A stretch of DNA of 44,815 nucleotides from Candidatus Magasanikiibacteriota bacterium (GTDB taxonomy: Bacteria > Patescibacteriota > Patescibacteriia > Magasanikbacterales > UBA922): NCBI GenBank assembly GCA_003482855.1, contig DMXO01000006.1, positions 81,052 through 125,866 on the forward strand, given 5' to 3'. Below the pieces are notes generated by a model that saw only the letters and a list, made by a program, of their open reading frames with translations, was not told where the DNA came from and did not search any database. The translations under genes were made by a program, and so were the position numbers. Of this stretch, positions 10,502 through 20,097 are shown one piece after another (position 1 is the stretch's first letter; every line of letters starts with the position of its first letter).

Positions 10502-10543
10502 TCAGTCAGAGGCTCCTTTTAGACTGTAGATCTGATCGTTCAT
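10502..10543 (-). CDS. Putative 13-aa leader peptide MNDQIYSLKGASD
   Basis: ATG about 10 nt after the -10 box; stop about 20 nt before the terminator. Confidence 0.35.
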   Translation of the reverse strand: MNDQIYSLKGASD

Positions 10544-10552
10544 ACATATATT

Positions 10553-10581
10553 ATTGTAGCATTTTGGAGGTGTGGGGGCAA
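10553..10581 (-). promoter_or_regulatory. Sigma70-type promoter for guaB-purA
   Basis: TTGCCC-17 bp-TACAAT with extended -10 TG. Confidence 0.55.
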
Positions 10582-10655
10582 GGGGATAAGTGGAAGTGAA
10601 TGTGTAGTTTCTGTGCTCAAAAACGGGGTGGAATAGTTCATAGGATAGATAAAAT

Positions 10656-11564
10656 TTATTTTTGTTTAGCATCTGTCCGTTGAGAGACATAAATGCCACC
10701 AAATACCATAATGATTCCTAGTATGTCTGGGGTATCAATTTTTTCATGTAAAAATAGAAAACCCAATAGAATGGCGATGGCAGGAGATAAATATTGATAG
10801 ATGCTAGCTTTTGAGACTTCAATATATTTAACGCCATAATTCCAAAGTAGATATGCTGCAGCAGATCCGAATATGCCAAGATATAAGATGATTACCCATG
10901 AAATGAAACTGTACGCATGAAACACCAGCGGATCCTTATTTATGAGGACAGTTGGTATGAAGAAGATCGTCCCTACAAGGTAAGAAATAAAGGTAAGTGT
11001 TAGAGGTTGAAATCTACTTATATTTTTTTTAATGATGATTGAATATATGGCCCAGCATAATGCAACTGCCAATAGCATTATATTTCCAAAAAAGGTATTT
11101 TGAGTTTTAAAGTCAGAAAAATTTTCTCCAACCAATGTCATAATTACTATGCCAGTAAATCCCAAAATTATTCCTAGAATTTTGTTGCGACTCGTAGATT
11201 CTTTTAAAAATAAGATAGATAAAAACAGTATGAAAATTGGGCTAGCATTTATTAAAATTCCTCCCATGATCGATGAAGAATATTTGAGTCCAAAATTATT
11301 GAAGGATTGCAACAAAAATGTTCCGAGTAAACCAAGAAGTAAGGTTGTTCCTAAATGCATTTTTATGAAATCAAAGATTTCTCTTAATAGCCCTTTAGTG
11401 ACACAAAATATAAAAAGTATAGACGTTGCCAAGATTCCTCTAATTAATGCCAGGGTGAATGGGGCAATATCTTGTAGCCCTATTTTGGTCACTGAATATG
11501 TACTTGCCCAGATGAGAGTAGCAAAAATCAACGAGAGTATCGTTTTTTTCTTGTTGTCAAACAT
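10656..11564 (-). CDS. DMT/EamA family transporter
   Basis: About 10 hydrophobic segments and two EamA repeats (IWAST...LIRG...FLKE; LCWAIY...YLLWN...FLHE). Confidence 0.9.
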   Translation of the reverse strand: MFDNKKKTILSLIFATLIWASTYSVTKIGLQDIAPFTLALIRGILATSILFIFCVTKGLLREIFDFIKMHLGTTLLLGLLGTFLLQSFNNFGLKYSSSIMGGILINASPIFILFLSILFLKESTSRNKILGIILGFTGIVIMTLVGENFSDFKTQNTFFGNIMLLAVALCWAIYSIIIKKNISRFQPLTLTFISYLVGTIFFIPTVLINKDPLVFHAYSFISWVIILYLGIFGSAAAYLLWNYGVKYIEVSKASIYQYLSPAIAILLGFLFLHEKIDTPDILGIIMVFGGIYVSQRTDAKQK

Positions 11565-11596
11565 ATAATAAATTGAAAATTATTATTCTGTGTTTT

Positions 11597-13132
11597 TCAA
11601 AGTTTTTCTCTCAATATTTTTTCTACTACTTTTGGATCAGCACTGCCTTCACTTGCCTTCATAATCATACCAATAAGGAATTTAAGTACTGGTTCTTTGC
11701 CTGCTCTGAATTCTTCCACTTGTTTGGGGTAGTTTTTTATGATTTCATCCACGAGTTCACCAATCTTGTCTCCATCACTCACTTGGCCCCACCCTTTTTC
11801 TTCCATGAGATGTGTTGGATCTTTGCTTGCATCAGATCCTGCCATGATGATAAGGATTTTATATGCATTGGTAGAGTTTACGCGATTATTGTAAACAAGT
11901 GCAACAAGTTCAGCAAAGTTTTCAGGTGTAAATTTGATATCTACAATGTCCATTCCTTTTTCATTGAGTACACCCATGAGTTTGCTTGTCATCCATCCAC
12001 CGGCAAGGCGTGCAACTTTTTGAGGTACATTTTCTGCTTTATTTTTACTTTCAGGTAGTGAGTCGACCCACTCCATGAGTTCACTCATGACATCTTCGGT
12101 AAAATTTGCCCAGTGTTTATCTAGTGTGAGCATGTACGCATCTGCATATGAGAGGCCATATTGTTCATGAAACCTCTGTCTTTTCTGTTGAGGCAGTTCA
12201 GGAAAGTGTATATCACCAGCGATAGTAAGTGGATGGAATGGAGGAATATCTGGTTCAGGGAAGTAACGATAATCTTGTGCATTTTCTTTTTCGCGTTGCA
12301 ATACAGTCTCACTTTTATTTTCATCCCAGCCACGTGTTTGTTGCACCCATGTTTCTCCAGATTGTATCATGGCTGTTTGCCGTTCAATTTCGTATTGTAT
12401 GCCACGTTCTACTGCCTTAAATGAGTTGAGATTTTTTATTTCCACTTTTGCATTGAGCAGGGCATTGTTGAGAGGTTTGACTATGCCGTCTACAATTTCA
12501 AAACTATCAGCCTTTTGGACAGATATATTTGCTTCACAGCGCATATGACCCTTTTCCATGTCTGCATCACTTACGTCGAGTGCACGCATGATAGCTCGGA
12601 GCTCTTGGCAGTATAGCTTTGCTTCAAGAGCTGATTTAAAATCAGGATCAGTAACGATTTCGACGAGAGGTATGCTACTGCGGTTGAAATCTACAAGCGT
12701 GCTACCGTCTGTCGCGTGTGTTAATTTTGCAGTATCTTCTTCTAGATGCGCTCGTGTGATGCCTATCTTTGCTGTATCTCTGATATTATCCAGTCCTGCC
12801 ATGTCGAGTTCAAGGAGACCGTGTTCTGCAATAGGTTCATCGTATTGTGATATTTGGTACGCTTTGGGGAGATCGGGATAGAAATAATGTTTGCGATCAA
12901 ATTTTGAGATATCTCGTATGGTACATCCCAATGCTTTGCCAATACGCACGGTTGATATAATTGCCTGTTTGTTTGGTACTGGCAAGGTGCCTGGCTGGCC
13001 AGTACATATTTCACAGATGTCTTTATTTGGTTCAATTTCATCAGGATCATTTTTGCAACTGCAAAACATTTTTGATTTTGTTTTGAGTTCGACGTGGACT
13101 TCCATCCCGATGATAGGTACATAGTTTGGCAT
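11597..13132 (-). CDS. gatB: Asp/Glu-tRNA amidotransferase subunit B
   Basis: IGMEVHVEL, FDRKHYFYPDLPKAYQISQ, HLEED, YRYFPEPD. Confidence 0.97.
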   Translation of the reverse strand: MPNYVPIIGMEVHVELKTKSKMFCSCKNDPDEIEPNKDICEICTGQPGTLPVPNKQAIISTVRIGKALGCTIRDISKFDRKHYFYPDLPKAYQISQYDEPIAEHGLLELDMAGLDNIRDTAKIGITRAHLEEDTAKLTHATDGSTLVDFNRSSIPLVEIVTDPDFKSALEAKLYCQELRAIMRALDVSDADMEKGHMRCEANISVQKADSFEIVDGIVKPLNNALLNAKVEIKNLNSFKAVERGIQYEIERQTAMIQSGETWVQQTRGWDENKSETVLQREKENAQDYRYFPEPDIPPFHPLTIAGDIHFPELPQQKRQRFHEQYGLSYADAYMLTLDKHWANFTEDVMSELMEWVDSLPESKNKAENVPQKVARLAGGWMTSKLMGVLNEKGMDIVDIKFTPENFAELVALVYNNRVNSTNAYKILIIMAGSDASKDPTHLMEEKGWGQVSDGDKIGELVDEIIKNYPKQVEEFRAGKEPVLKFLIGMIMKASEGSADPKVVEKILREKL

Positions 13133-13184
13133 AATGCAAAATTACTGTATTATATAAGGATTTTAGCATTATTATTTCTAATTG

Positions 13185-13208
13185 AAAAGACCCTTGTAGG
13201 GGTCTTTT
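13185..13208 (-). terminator. Intrinsic terminator
   Basis: AAAAGACCC-TTGTAG-GGGTCTTTT inverted repeat after the membrane-protein gene. Confidence 0.7.
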
Positions 13209-13213
13209 ATGTA

Positions 13214-14005
13214 TTATTTTTCTTCAGTAGGAGGCTCTGTTTCAATTGTTTTTTCAGGTATCCGGATATCTAACGGTGTATTTTTGAGTTCGAGGTAGAG
13301 TATGGTGGGTATGGCTGTTGTGAGAGGACTCAAGAATGTACTTAAAATGATCGTAAATAGACCATACAGACCTGTCTTGAGCGTAAGTTGTGTTTGTATT
13401 TGCGCGTTATCAATGCCAAATATCATTTTTATAATCCACTGCAAGATACCAATTAGAATTGCAAGCAAAATACTCACCGCTGCTAATCTCCAGAAGACTG
13501 ACCCCCATCGTCCCGCGACTAGTTGTTTACTGAATCTGAGTGCGTCGGTCCCTAATTTATTGTCGAGTAGGAGCGCATGTATAGAAAAAATAAACCATAT
13601 AGCAAATATAATGCCAGGAATAACAAGCAAAAGAAATCCTCCAAAAATGGCGAGACCAGAAATGAGAGAGACGAGAACCGCTGGCCATAGTAGACTAAGT
13701 GATTGTTTGAGGTTAATTACTAAATTGGGTGCAGATTGTTTTTGGTATAGTGAAGCGATGACACGTATCAGACTCATGCTGATGATAAACCCGACGAGAG
13801 ACAATAGGATGACAAGGATAAAATATAATCCAAGTCCGAGAAGAAAATTTTGGGTCAGGAATATAAGAATACCAAGCGTATATCCTGCAAACATAAGCAA
13901 TAATGCAGGAATAAGAAGGATACCAGCATATGTGGCCAATGTCTTTAAATTGTCTCGGTAAAGCTTCGCACTTCTTGAGATCAGATCTATAGTAGAGATA
14001 AGCAT
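13214..14005 (-). CDS. Multi-pass membrane protein (DUF975 / GDPD membrane-domain-like)
   Basis: About 6 TM segments; GFLLLVIPGIIFAIW...ALRFSKQLVAGRW pattern. Confidence 0.75.
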   Translation of the reverse strand: MLISTIDLISRSAKLYRDNLKTLATYAGILLIPALLLMFAGYTLGILIFLTQNFLLGLGLYFILVILLSLVGFIISMSLIRVIASLYQKQSAPNLVINLKQSLSLLWPAVLVSLISGLAIFGGFLLLVIPGIIFAIWFIFSIHALLLDNKLGTDALRFSKQLVAGRWGSVFWRLAAVSILLAILIGILQWIIKMIFGIDNAQIQTQLTLKTGLYGLFTIILSTFLSPLTTAIPTILYLELKNTPLDIRIPEKTIETEPPTEEK

Positions 14006-14024
14006 AGATATGTGATTATATGAT

Positions 14025-14702
14025 TTATATGTATGGTGTTATGATATTCCATATTTGGTTATGAATGTCGTTTGGAGGTAGTATATTTTCATTGCGAACG
14101 CATTCAATCAGAGTAAACTCTTTGTACATACGTGCAATATCTAGATAAGCTTGCTCCGCATTTGATAAATGTCCAAGATCATCTTCGTGTATATCGCGTT
14201 TTTTACCTTTTAGATATTCACGTTTTTCTTTTTTGTCTACCAATTTTTGTGATATATCTGGAGTGACGTGCAAGATGATATTTACATCCGGCTTGGGAAT
14301 ACCCAGTATAGTATACTCCAAATGGTAATTCCATTCAAAATATTTTTGGCGTTCATCATTATTTTTAATTTTCCCCCCTTGGTGTCCCATGTTTGATGCA
14401 ACATAACGATTGGCAATGACAATCTTTCCATCTTGTAGCCATTGTCGTATCTCTGGAGCCGCAGCAAAGCGGTCGACAGCATAGAGGATAGATGCTTTGT
14501 AAGGGCCTACTTCATCTGCAGTGCCGAATTTTCCATTCAAGTAATCTTCTACTAGAGCGGCGCTTGGTTTTCCATATTGGGGAAAGCTGATTTGTTCAAC
14601 ATCTCGTCCTTCTTTTTTCAAATGTTCAACCAAAAGATTAGTCTGTAGTGATTTTCCAGAACCGTCAGTGCCTTCGAGCATTATAAATAAACCTTGGGGC
14701 AT
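14025..14702 (-). CDS. tmk: Thymidylate kinase
   Basis: LEGTDGSGKS P-loop, NRYVAS, PD motif; lies in the dTTP operon. Confidence 0.9.
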   Translation of the reverse strand: MPQGLFIMLEGTDGSGKSLQTNLLVEHLKKEGRDVEQISFPQYGKPSAALVEDYLNGKFGTADEVGPYKASILYAVDRFAAAPEIRQWLQDGKIVIANRYVASNMGHQGGKIKNNDERQKYFEWNYHLEYTILGIPKPDVNIILHVTPDISQKLVDKKEKREYLKGKKRDIHEDDLGHLSNAEQAYLDIARMYKEFTLIECVRNENILPPNDIHNQIWNIITPYI

Positions 14703-14739
14703 AGTTTTATTGATAATTGGATACTGGTGTTTTTAAAAT

Positions 14740-14793
14740 ATGTATGATACATGATAGATAATAAGTAAAAAATATCATATATCATGTATCATT
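14740..14793. repeat. Tandem-inverted 7-mer repeat element
   Basis: (ATGATAS)x2, spacer, (TATCATN)x3. Confidence 0.7.
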
Positions 14794-14800
14794 TATTTTT

Positions 14801-15277
14801 TTATCCTTTGCGTTTATATATAACAAATGAAAATCCCTCTCGGTTGTCACGGTTAGTCTCCTCCCATGTACCTTTCTTAATCTCTGGAAAAAAAGTGTCA
14901 CCGTCAACAACTTGATGCACATGAGTAATATATAGTGTGTCGACGCGGTCAATCGTTTGAGCATAAATACTTGCTCCACCACATACAAATACTTCCTCAT
15001 CTTTTAGCGCCGTGAATGCATTATCGATAGAATGGAATACTTTAACCCCATCTGGTGCTTGGTATTCTGTATTTTTGGTAATCACCACATTTTTTCTTCC
15101 TGGCAATGGTTTTCCTAAATATTCCAAAATAGATTCAAATGTTTTTTGTCCCATGAGGCAGGTTTTTCCTAGAGTTATTTTTTTGAAATACTGAAAATCC
15201 TCTGGAATATTCCAGGGAATTTTGTTGTTTTTTCCGATGCAATTATTGTCCGCGATGGCGGCGATAAGGGATAACAT
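14801..15277 (-). CDS. folA: Dihydrofolate reductase
   Basis: IGKNNKIPWNIPED, MGQKTFES, PLPGRKN, CGGASIY, GDTFFP. Confidence 0.95.
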   Translation of the reverse strand: MLSLIAAIADNNCIGKNNKIPWNIPEDFQYFKKITLGKTCLMGQKTFESILEYLGKPLPGRKNVVITKNTEYQAPDGVKVFHSIDNAFTALKDEEVFVCGGASIYAQTIDRVDTLYITHVHQVVDGDTFFPEIKKGTWEETNRDNREGFSFVIYKRKG

Positions 15278-15355
15278 AGTTCATAGCCAATAGTTCATAG
15301 CCAATAGAATTTGCCGCAAGTTATTATGAACTATTGGCTATTGGCTGTGAACTGT
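15275..15355. repeat. Tandem-inverted 7/14-mer repeat element filling the thyA-folA spacer
   Basis: catagtt-catagcc-aatagtt-catagcc-aatag ... tatgaac-tattggc-tattggc-tgtgaac. Confidence 0.8.
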
Positions 15356-16228
15356 TTATACTGCAATATCAAATTTAATTCTCGGATAACTTTCATACCC
15401 AATAAGTGTAGTATCTCCGGATTGCCAATTAAAAATATTCGTAAAATTCTGTGTCTCAATTTTTGGTAATGAATATTTATTTGGGTCTCGTGATAATTGC
15501 TCTTTTGCACCATCAATATGATTCAGGTAAATATGTGTATCACCCAAAAATCCGACAAGTCTTCCTTCTTCAAGTCCTGCTTCTTTCGCAAGCAAATGTA
15601 GGAGTAGGGCGTAGCTTGAAATATTGAAGGGTAATCCAAGCATCACATCTACTGACCTCTGATTCCACATGAGATTCAATTTATTTCCCGTTACCGTAAC
15701 TTGAAATGCATAATGGCACGGTGGAAGCGCCATTTGGTCTTTCATGGCTGGATTCCATGCAGAAACAAGCATACGGCGGTCGCTCGGATTAGTTTTGAGT
15801 GTTTCCACAACATACCCCAGTTGGTCAACTCCTTGTCCAGTATAGTCGGAATCAAAATTATTGTATGGCGCGTTAAAATGTCTCCACTGGAATCCATATA
15901 CAGGTCCCAAATCTCGTTCTTCTGCCATGCGCTTTTTGCTTTCCTCATCATGTCCATAAGGAGCTTTCTGTGGGTTTGCCCACTCATCCCAGATATGACA
16001 GTTTCTATCCAGTAGCCATTGTTTGTCCATAATTCCTTTGATAAAAAATTCAAGTTCAGTTGACATTACTTTGAAAGGCATTTTTTTTGTGGTCAGCAGG
16101 GGATAGCCTTCACTCATCTCATGTTCAAACAGAACACCAGCAACAGAAATTGTGCCTGTGCCAGTACGGTCTTCTTTTTCTGTACCGTGCTCGAGAATTT
16201 TTTGAACGATATTGAGGTAACTTTTCAT
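15356..16228 (-). CDS. thyA: Thymidylate synthase
   Basis: DRTGTGT, LGPVYGFQWR, LPPCH, QRSVD, GLPFN; start moved to MKSYL at 16228. Confidence 0.97.
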   Translation of the reverse strand: MKSYLNIVQKILEHGTEKEDRTGTGTISVAGVLFEHEMSEGYPLLTTKKMPFKVMSTELEFFIKGIMDKQWLLDRNCHIWDEWANPQKAPYGHDEESKKRMAEERDLGPVYGFQWRHFNAPYNNFDSDYTGQGVDQLGYVVETLKTNPSDRRMLVSAWNPAMKDQMALPPCHYAFQVTVTGNKLNLMWNQRSVDVMLGLPFNISSYALLLHLLAKEAGLEEGRLVGFLGDTHIYLNHIDGAKEQLSRDPNKYSLPKIETQNFTNIFNWQSGDTTLIGYESYPRIKFDIAV

Positions 16229-16229
16229 A

Positions 16230-16658
16230 TTAAAATTTACCTGTACTACCCAATTTTCCTTCCCCGCGTGAACTTTGTGAAAGTTCATCTGTCTCAACTA
16301 ACTCTGCAATAGCAACTGGGTAAATGACAAGCTGGGCAATTTTTTGTCCTTTTTCTATTTTGACAGGCTCTTGTCCTAAATTAATCAATAGTACATTGTA
16401 TTGGCCTCGAAATCCTGCGTCAAATACTCCTCCCATAGTGTGTAATCCGTGGTGAAATGGAGGGCCTCCTTTGTCTTTTATAATCGCGGCGTATCCCTCT
16501 TCAAATTCAAGTGCAAAGCCAACATTAAATACCTCGCGATCCATTGGTTTGAGTTCACTCGTTTCTTCTACTGAATATAAATCCATACCCACATCTCCTG
16601 GGTGGGCGTAGGTAGGAAGTTTGGCGTCGGGATGGAGACGTTTTATTTTTATTTGCAT
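16230..16658 (-). CDS. dut: dUTP diphosphatase (trimeric)
   Basis: GMDLY, GVFDAGFRG, KIAQL, RGEGKLGSTG. Confidence 0.92.
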   Translation of the reverse strand: MQIKIKRLHPDAKLPTYAHPGDVGMDLYSVEETSELKPMDREVFNVGFALEFEEGYAAIIKDKGGPPFHHGLHTMGGVFDAGFRGQYNVLLINLGQEPVKIEKGQKIAQLVIYPVAIAELVETDELSQSSRGEGKLGSTGKF

Positions 16659-16687
16659 AACATTGATTTCACTGATTCGAAAAAAGA

Positions 16688-17245
16688 TTACACAGATTTA
16701 TATTTTTTAATAAGTTGGTCTAATTGTGTATGTAAGTTTTCTAATACGTTATTATTATCAATCCATTCTTTTGCATCTCGCGCGACTTCTTCGATCTTCA
16801 CTTCAGCTTCATTATTATGTTCTTGTTTGAATTGTTCAAATGTTTTTGAAAGATCATCAGTTTTTTCACCACGCTTACTGAGGCGTTCAAAACGTTTTTC
16901 AATATCTGCCGTGATGTTGACTAGAATAAAGCCTGGTACATTTTTCAAATGTGCTACATCGCCAGGACGACGAATACCATCAATTGCTATAACATTATTT
17001 GTATCATTTTTTACATCTTCTGCCATGACCTTTGCGAGTGTTTCCTCGCCAAACGTTTCGCGCAAAGATTGAGAAAGTTTTTGCAAGTGTTCTCGGTCAT
17101 TGGGTAAATATAATCGGTTCAAAATGTCGGTAAGCATGCCAGAAAAACGATAGGTGCTTGCACCATATTTTTCTTTGAGATAGGAGACAGCGGTCCCTTT
17201 TCCACTTGCCATTTGTCCGACAAATCCGAGAATAAGTTTGGACAT
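16688..17245 (-). CDS. P-loop nucleotide kinase (dNMP kinase / dephospho-CoA kinase-like)
   Basis: GQMASGKGT, IDGIR, IDNN; sits in the dTTP operon. Confidence 0.75.
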   Translation of the reverse strand: MSKLILGFVGQMASGKGTAVSYLKEKYGASTYRFSGMLTDILNRLYLPNDREHLQKLSQSLRETFGEETLAKVMAEDVKNDTNNVIAIDGIRRPGDVAHLKNVPGFILVNITADIEKRFERLSKRGEKTDDLSKTFEQFKQEHNNEAEVKIEEVARDAKEWIDNNNVLENLHTQLDQLIKKYKSV

Positions 17246-17252
17246 ATATCAT

Positions 17253-17777
17253 TTATGTTTCATTATTTTTGATTTCCAGCGGCTTAGCTGAAGAATAATT
17301 TTTGAGGTCGTAATTGATTATTAGAGGCGGCATAGGTAATTTATCAATAATAACACCAGCCTTATTGAAAAATTCCACTGCTAAAGTGTCGTGAAAATCT
17401 GAAAATACCACAATTCTTTTTACACCTGCGGCAATAAGGGCTTTCGCACAATTGGTGCAGGACATATTCGTAATATAAGCAGTCGTACCTTCTACCGCAT
17501 GTCCTCTTTTTGCAGCTTGAACCAGGGCATTCATTTCAGCGTGAACAGTACGTTCACAATGATTATTGATTACCAAACAGCCCACATCTTCGCAGTGGTC
17601 ATCTCCAGGAATTGAGCCATTGTACCCAGTAGCTACCACGTTTTTATCTTTGACCAAAACACAACCACAGTGCATGCGCGGGCATGTAGCCCTTTCAGAT
17701 GCGAGCATGGCTAGTTTCAAAAAGTATTCATCCCACGAAGGTCTTGTTTGAGCTGAAGATGATGCGTCTGCTTCCAT
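17253..17777 (-). CDS. dCMP deaminase (ComEB family)
   Basis: RPSWDEYF, TGYNG, HAEMNA, CTNC zinc motif. Confidence 0.92.
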   Translation of the reverse strand: MEADASSSAQTRPSWDEYFLKLAMLASERATCPRMHCGCVLVKDKNVVATGYNGSIPGDDHCEDVGCLVINNHCERTVHAEMNALVQAAKRGHAVEGTTAYITNMSCTNCAKALIAAGVKRIVVFSDFHDTLAVEFFNKAGVIIDKLPMPPLIINYDLKNYSSAKPLEIKNNET

Positions 17778-17845
17778 ATATGTTATTAAATTTTACCAGG
17801 TAAGTGTATCAAAAAAGACCACGCGGTTCAAGGTCTTTTTTAAAT

Positions 17846-17874
17846 AAAAAAGCTCCGTTTAATTGGAGCTTTTT
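17846..17874 (-). terminator. rplA terminator
   Basis: AAAAAAGCTCC-GTTTAATT-GGAGCTTTTT. Confidence 0.75.
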
Positions 17875-17892
17875 GAGATTCGAGATCAGAGG

Positions 17893-18573
17893 TTAAGCGG
17901 TTACTTCTACCTTCACACTTGGCCCCATGGCACTCGTGAGATATATGGCTTTGACATATGTCCCTTTTGAACCTTGTGGTTTTACTTTTTTGAGTGCTTC
18001 CATGAAACTTTCAAAGTTTTCTTTCAGTTTTGCATTGTCAAAACTTACTTTGCCGATGACCTGATGTATATTTGCTCCGTCATCATTTTTGAAAGAGGAC
18101 TTTCCTTTTTTGAGTTCATCAATCATCTTTTTTACATTTGGTCCTACTGTTTCAGTTTTTGGGCTTGGCATCAGACCTTTTGGACCGAGCACTTTTGCGG
18201 CAACCGCAAGTTTGGGCATCATATCTGGTGTTGCAATTGCTATATCAAATTCTACTTTACCGGTATCTTTTATTTTTTTGATGTCATCCTCACCATACAC
18301 GAAGTCAGCACCAGCATCTTTTGCATCTTTTTCATTGTTTGGCCCGACAAATGCTGCTACTTTTTTTGTTTTGCCTGTGCCATGTGGCATGACGACGGTT
18401 GAACGAATTTGTTGGTCACTCTTTTTTGGGTCAATACCAAGGCGTATATGCGCCTCAACACTGGCGTCGAATTTTACGGTACTCGTCTCTTTGACGATTT
18501 TAATCGCTTCTTCAAGTGTGTAGACCTTGTTTTTATCGACCTTGGCCTCGAGGTCTTTCATACGTTTTGACAT
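17893..18573 (-). CDS. rplA: 50S ribosomal protein L1
   Basis: KFDASVE, PHGTGK, LGPKGLMP, SAMGPSV. Confidence 0.98.
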   Translation of the reverse strand: MSKRMKDLEAKVDKNKVYTLEEAIKIVKETSTVKFDASVEAHIRLGIDPKKSDQQIRSTVVMPHGTGKTKKVAAFVGPNNEKDAKDAGADFVYGEDDIKKIKDTGKVEFDIAIATPDMMPKLAVAAKVLGPKGLMPSPKTETVGPNVKKMIDELKKGKSSFKNDDGANIHQVIGKVSFDNAKLKENFESFMEALKKVKPQGSKGTYVKAIYLTSAMGPSVKVEVTA

Positions 18574-18589
18574 ATAGTACTATATGTTA

Positions 18590-18621
18590 GTGGTGATAAT
18601 GCCTGGATGGCAGGCTCCCAC
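18590..18621 (-). promoter_or_regulatory. L1-binding autoregulatory mRNA element
   Basis: Minus strand GTGGGAGCCTG-CCATC-CAGGCATTATCACCAC: the GGGAG asymmetric-loop motif of L1 operators, just upstream of the rplA start. Confidence 0.75.
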
Positions 18622-18676
18622 ATTCACGTAAATCCCGACTGTGTCGGGACACGTGATATAATTAAAAAGTGTGGCT

Positions 18677-18705
18677 ATGATACCGCACTTTTGTTTTTTT
18701 GTCAA
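18677..18705 (-). promoter_or_regulatory. Dedicated rplA promoter overlapping a terminator-like hairpin
   Basis: TTGACA-17 bp-TATCAT; the hairpin AAAAGTGTGG...CCGCACTTTT spans the -10 box. Confidence 0.6.
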
Positions 18706-18736
18706 CCTTGTCAGAAGTAGGGAAGATCGGGATATA

Positions 18737-19084
18737 TTACACTTTGATAGAGAAATTATTGGCTAGGGTTATCTCTGTATCTTTACTTTTGAAATTATGC
18801 CTGTAGAGCTCATTGAGCTTGTCTATGTTGTCCATAATATGTATGAGCTCATCATAGACTTTTTTATCTATAATGTAGCCATCATGTACGAAATCGTCAT
18901 CCTCACTATCAAAGGACCCCGCATGTGATTCTCTATAGAGCGTTAGTGCATGGGCATCACATATTGTACAATGCATGAGTTGGACAAGTTCTTGTTCAGA
19001 AAATGGACTTTGGGGTTCTACTTCTACAGACTTTGTCGTCTCTAAGGTTTTACCACAACCAGATGGGCAGATGAATCCAGCCAT
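18737..19084 (-). CDS. Hypothetical protein with a possible Zn-binding site (CPSGC...CTIC)
   Basis: Start abuts the ldh stop; two Cys pairs. Confidence 0.65.
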   Translation of the reverse strand: MAGFICPSGCGKTLETTKSVEVEPQSPFSEQELVQLMHCTICDAHALTLYRESHAGSFDSEDDDFVHDGYIIDKKVYDELIHIMDNIDKLNELYRHNFKSKDTEITLANNFSIKV

Positions 19085-19085
19085 A

Positions 19086-20006
19086 TCACAGTAATTTTTT
19101 TAGTGCTGTTGCTGACTTTTTCAATTTTGTTTTTTCTTCGCTAGTCAATGTTAATGGCCATATTTTTTCTACGCCTGCTCTTCCTATTACTGCGGGGATG
19201 CCGAGACAAACATTGTTTACCCCGTTCCAATTTGTTAGGCGTGTAGTTGCGGGCATTATTTTGTGCTGGTTATAGAGTATTGCTTCGACAACTTCAGAGA
19301 CGACTATGCCAATACCATAAAATGTTGCACCTTTGCGGTTGATAATTTCGTATGCCTGATTACGAACTTTTTGTTCAATAGCATTTTTTTGTTTTGCGCC
19401 AAAATTTTTCATCTGTGAAATAGGTACGCCACCTATGGTCACGGTACTCCATCCGACAAATTCACTATCACCATGTTCACCGAGCACATATCCATGGATA
19501 TTTTGTGCACTTACGCCGAAATGCAGTCCAAGCTCAGTTCTCAGACGTGCAGTATCAAGTCCGGTTCCTGTACCAAATACTTGGGTGCGTGGGAGGCCAC
19601 TTATTTCTTGGGCGATGTAGGTGAGGATATCGACAGGATTAGCAACCATGACTATGATTGCATGTGGATTTATCTTCCCCATGCTTTTGAATATGGATTC
19701 AAGAATTTTTTTATTCTTTGTTACGAGATCAAGCCGTGTCTCTCCTGGTTTTTGAGGAAGCCCTGCAGTTATTACGATTACATCAGCATTGGTTGCATCT
19801 TTGAAATCAGCACCCATGACACACCCAGTTTCGACAAAGGGGAGTACATCGTTCATATCCATAATTTCTCCCTCCTCCTTTGCTTCATTTACATCAATGA
19901 GGAGTATTTCTGCAGCTATATTTTTGAGTGTTGTGGCGTATGCAGCCGTAGACCCTACTGCGCCTGCGCCAATAATGGCGACTTTGCTGTGGAGGAATTT
20001 TTCCAT
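19086..20006 (-). CDS. ldh: L-lactate dehydrogenase
   Basis: GAGAVG, AGLPQKPGETRLDL (Gln specificity loop), NPVD, LDTARLR, GEHGDS, KGATFYGIG; start at MEKF 20006. Confidence 0.9.
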   Translation of the reverse strand: MEKFLHSKVAIIGAGAVGSTAAYATTLKNIAAEILLIDVNEAKEEGEIMDMNDVLPFVETGCVMGADFKDATNADVIVITAGLPQKPGETRLDLVTKNKKILESIFKSMGKINPHAIIVMVANPVDILTYIAQEISGLPRTQVFGTGTGLDTARLRTELGLHFGVSAQNIHGYVLGEHGDSEFVGWSTVTIGGVPISQMKNFGAKQKNAIEQKVRNQAYEIINRKGATFYGIGIVVSEVVEAILYNQHKIMPATTRLTNWNGVNNVCLGIPAVIGRAGVEKIWPLTLTSEEKTKLKKSATALKKLL

Positions 20007-20049
20007 ATAATTGGAAATTAGATGAATTAGGAATTTTTTATAGTATATC

Positions 20050-20075
20050 AAAACTCGCCATTTCTGGCGAGTTTT
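20050..20075 (-). terminator. Terminator after rplK
   Basis: AAAACTCGCCA-TTTC-TGGCGAGTTTT. Confidence 0.75.
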
Positions 20076-20097
20076 ATATTTTGGACAATAACATTTA

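Noticed and set aside
10484-10552. Canonical guanine/adenine riboswitch upstream of guaB
   Set aside because: Lacks the conserved AUAUGG...UUCUACC...CCGUAAA core
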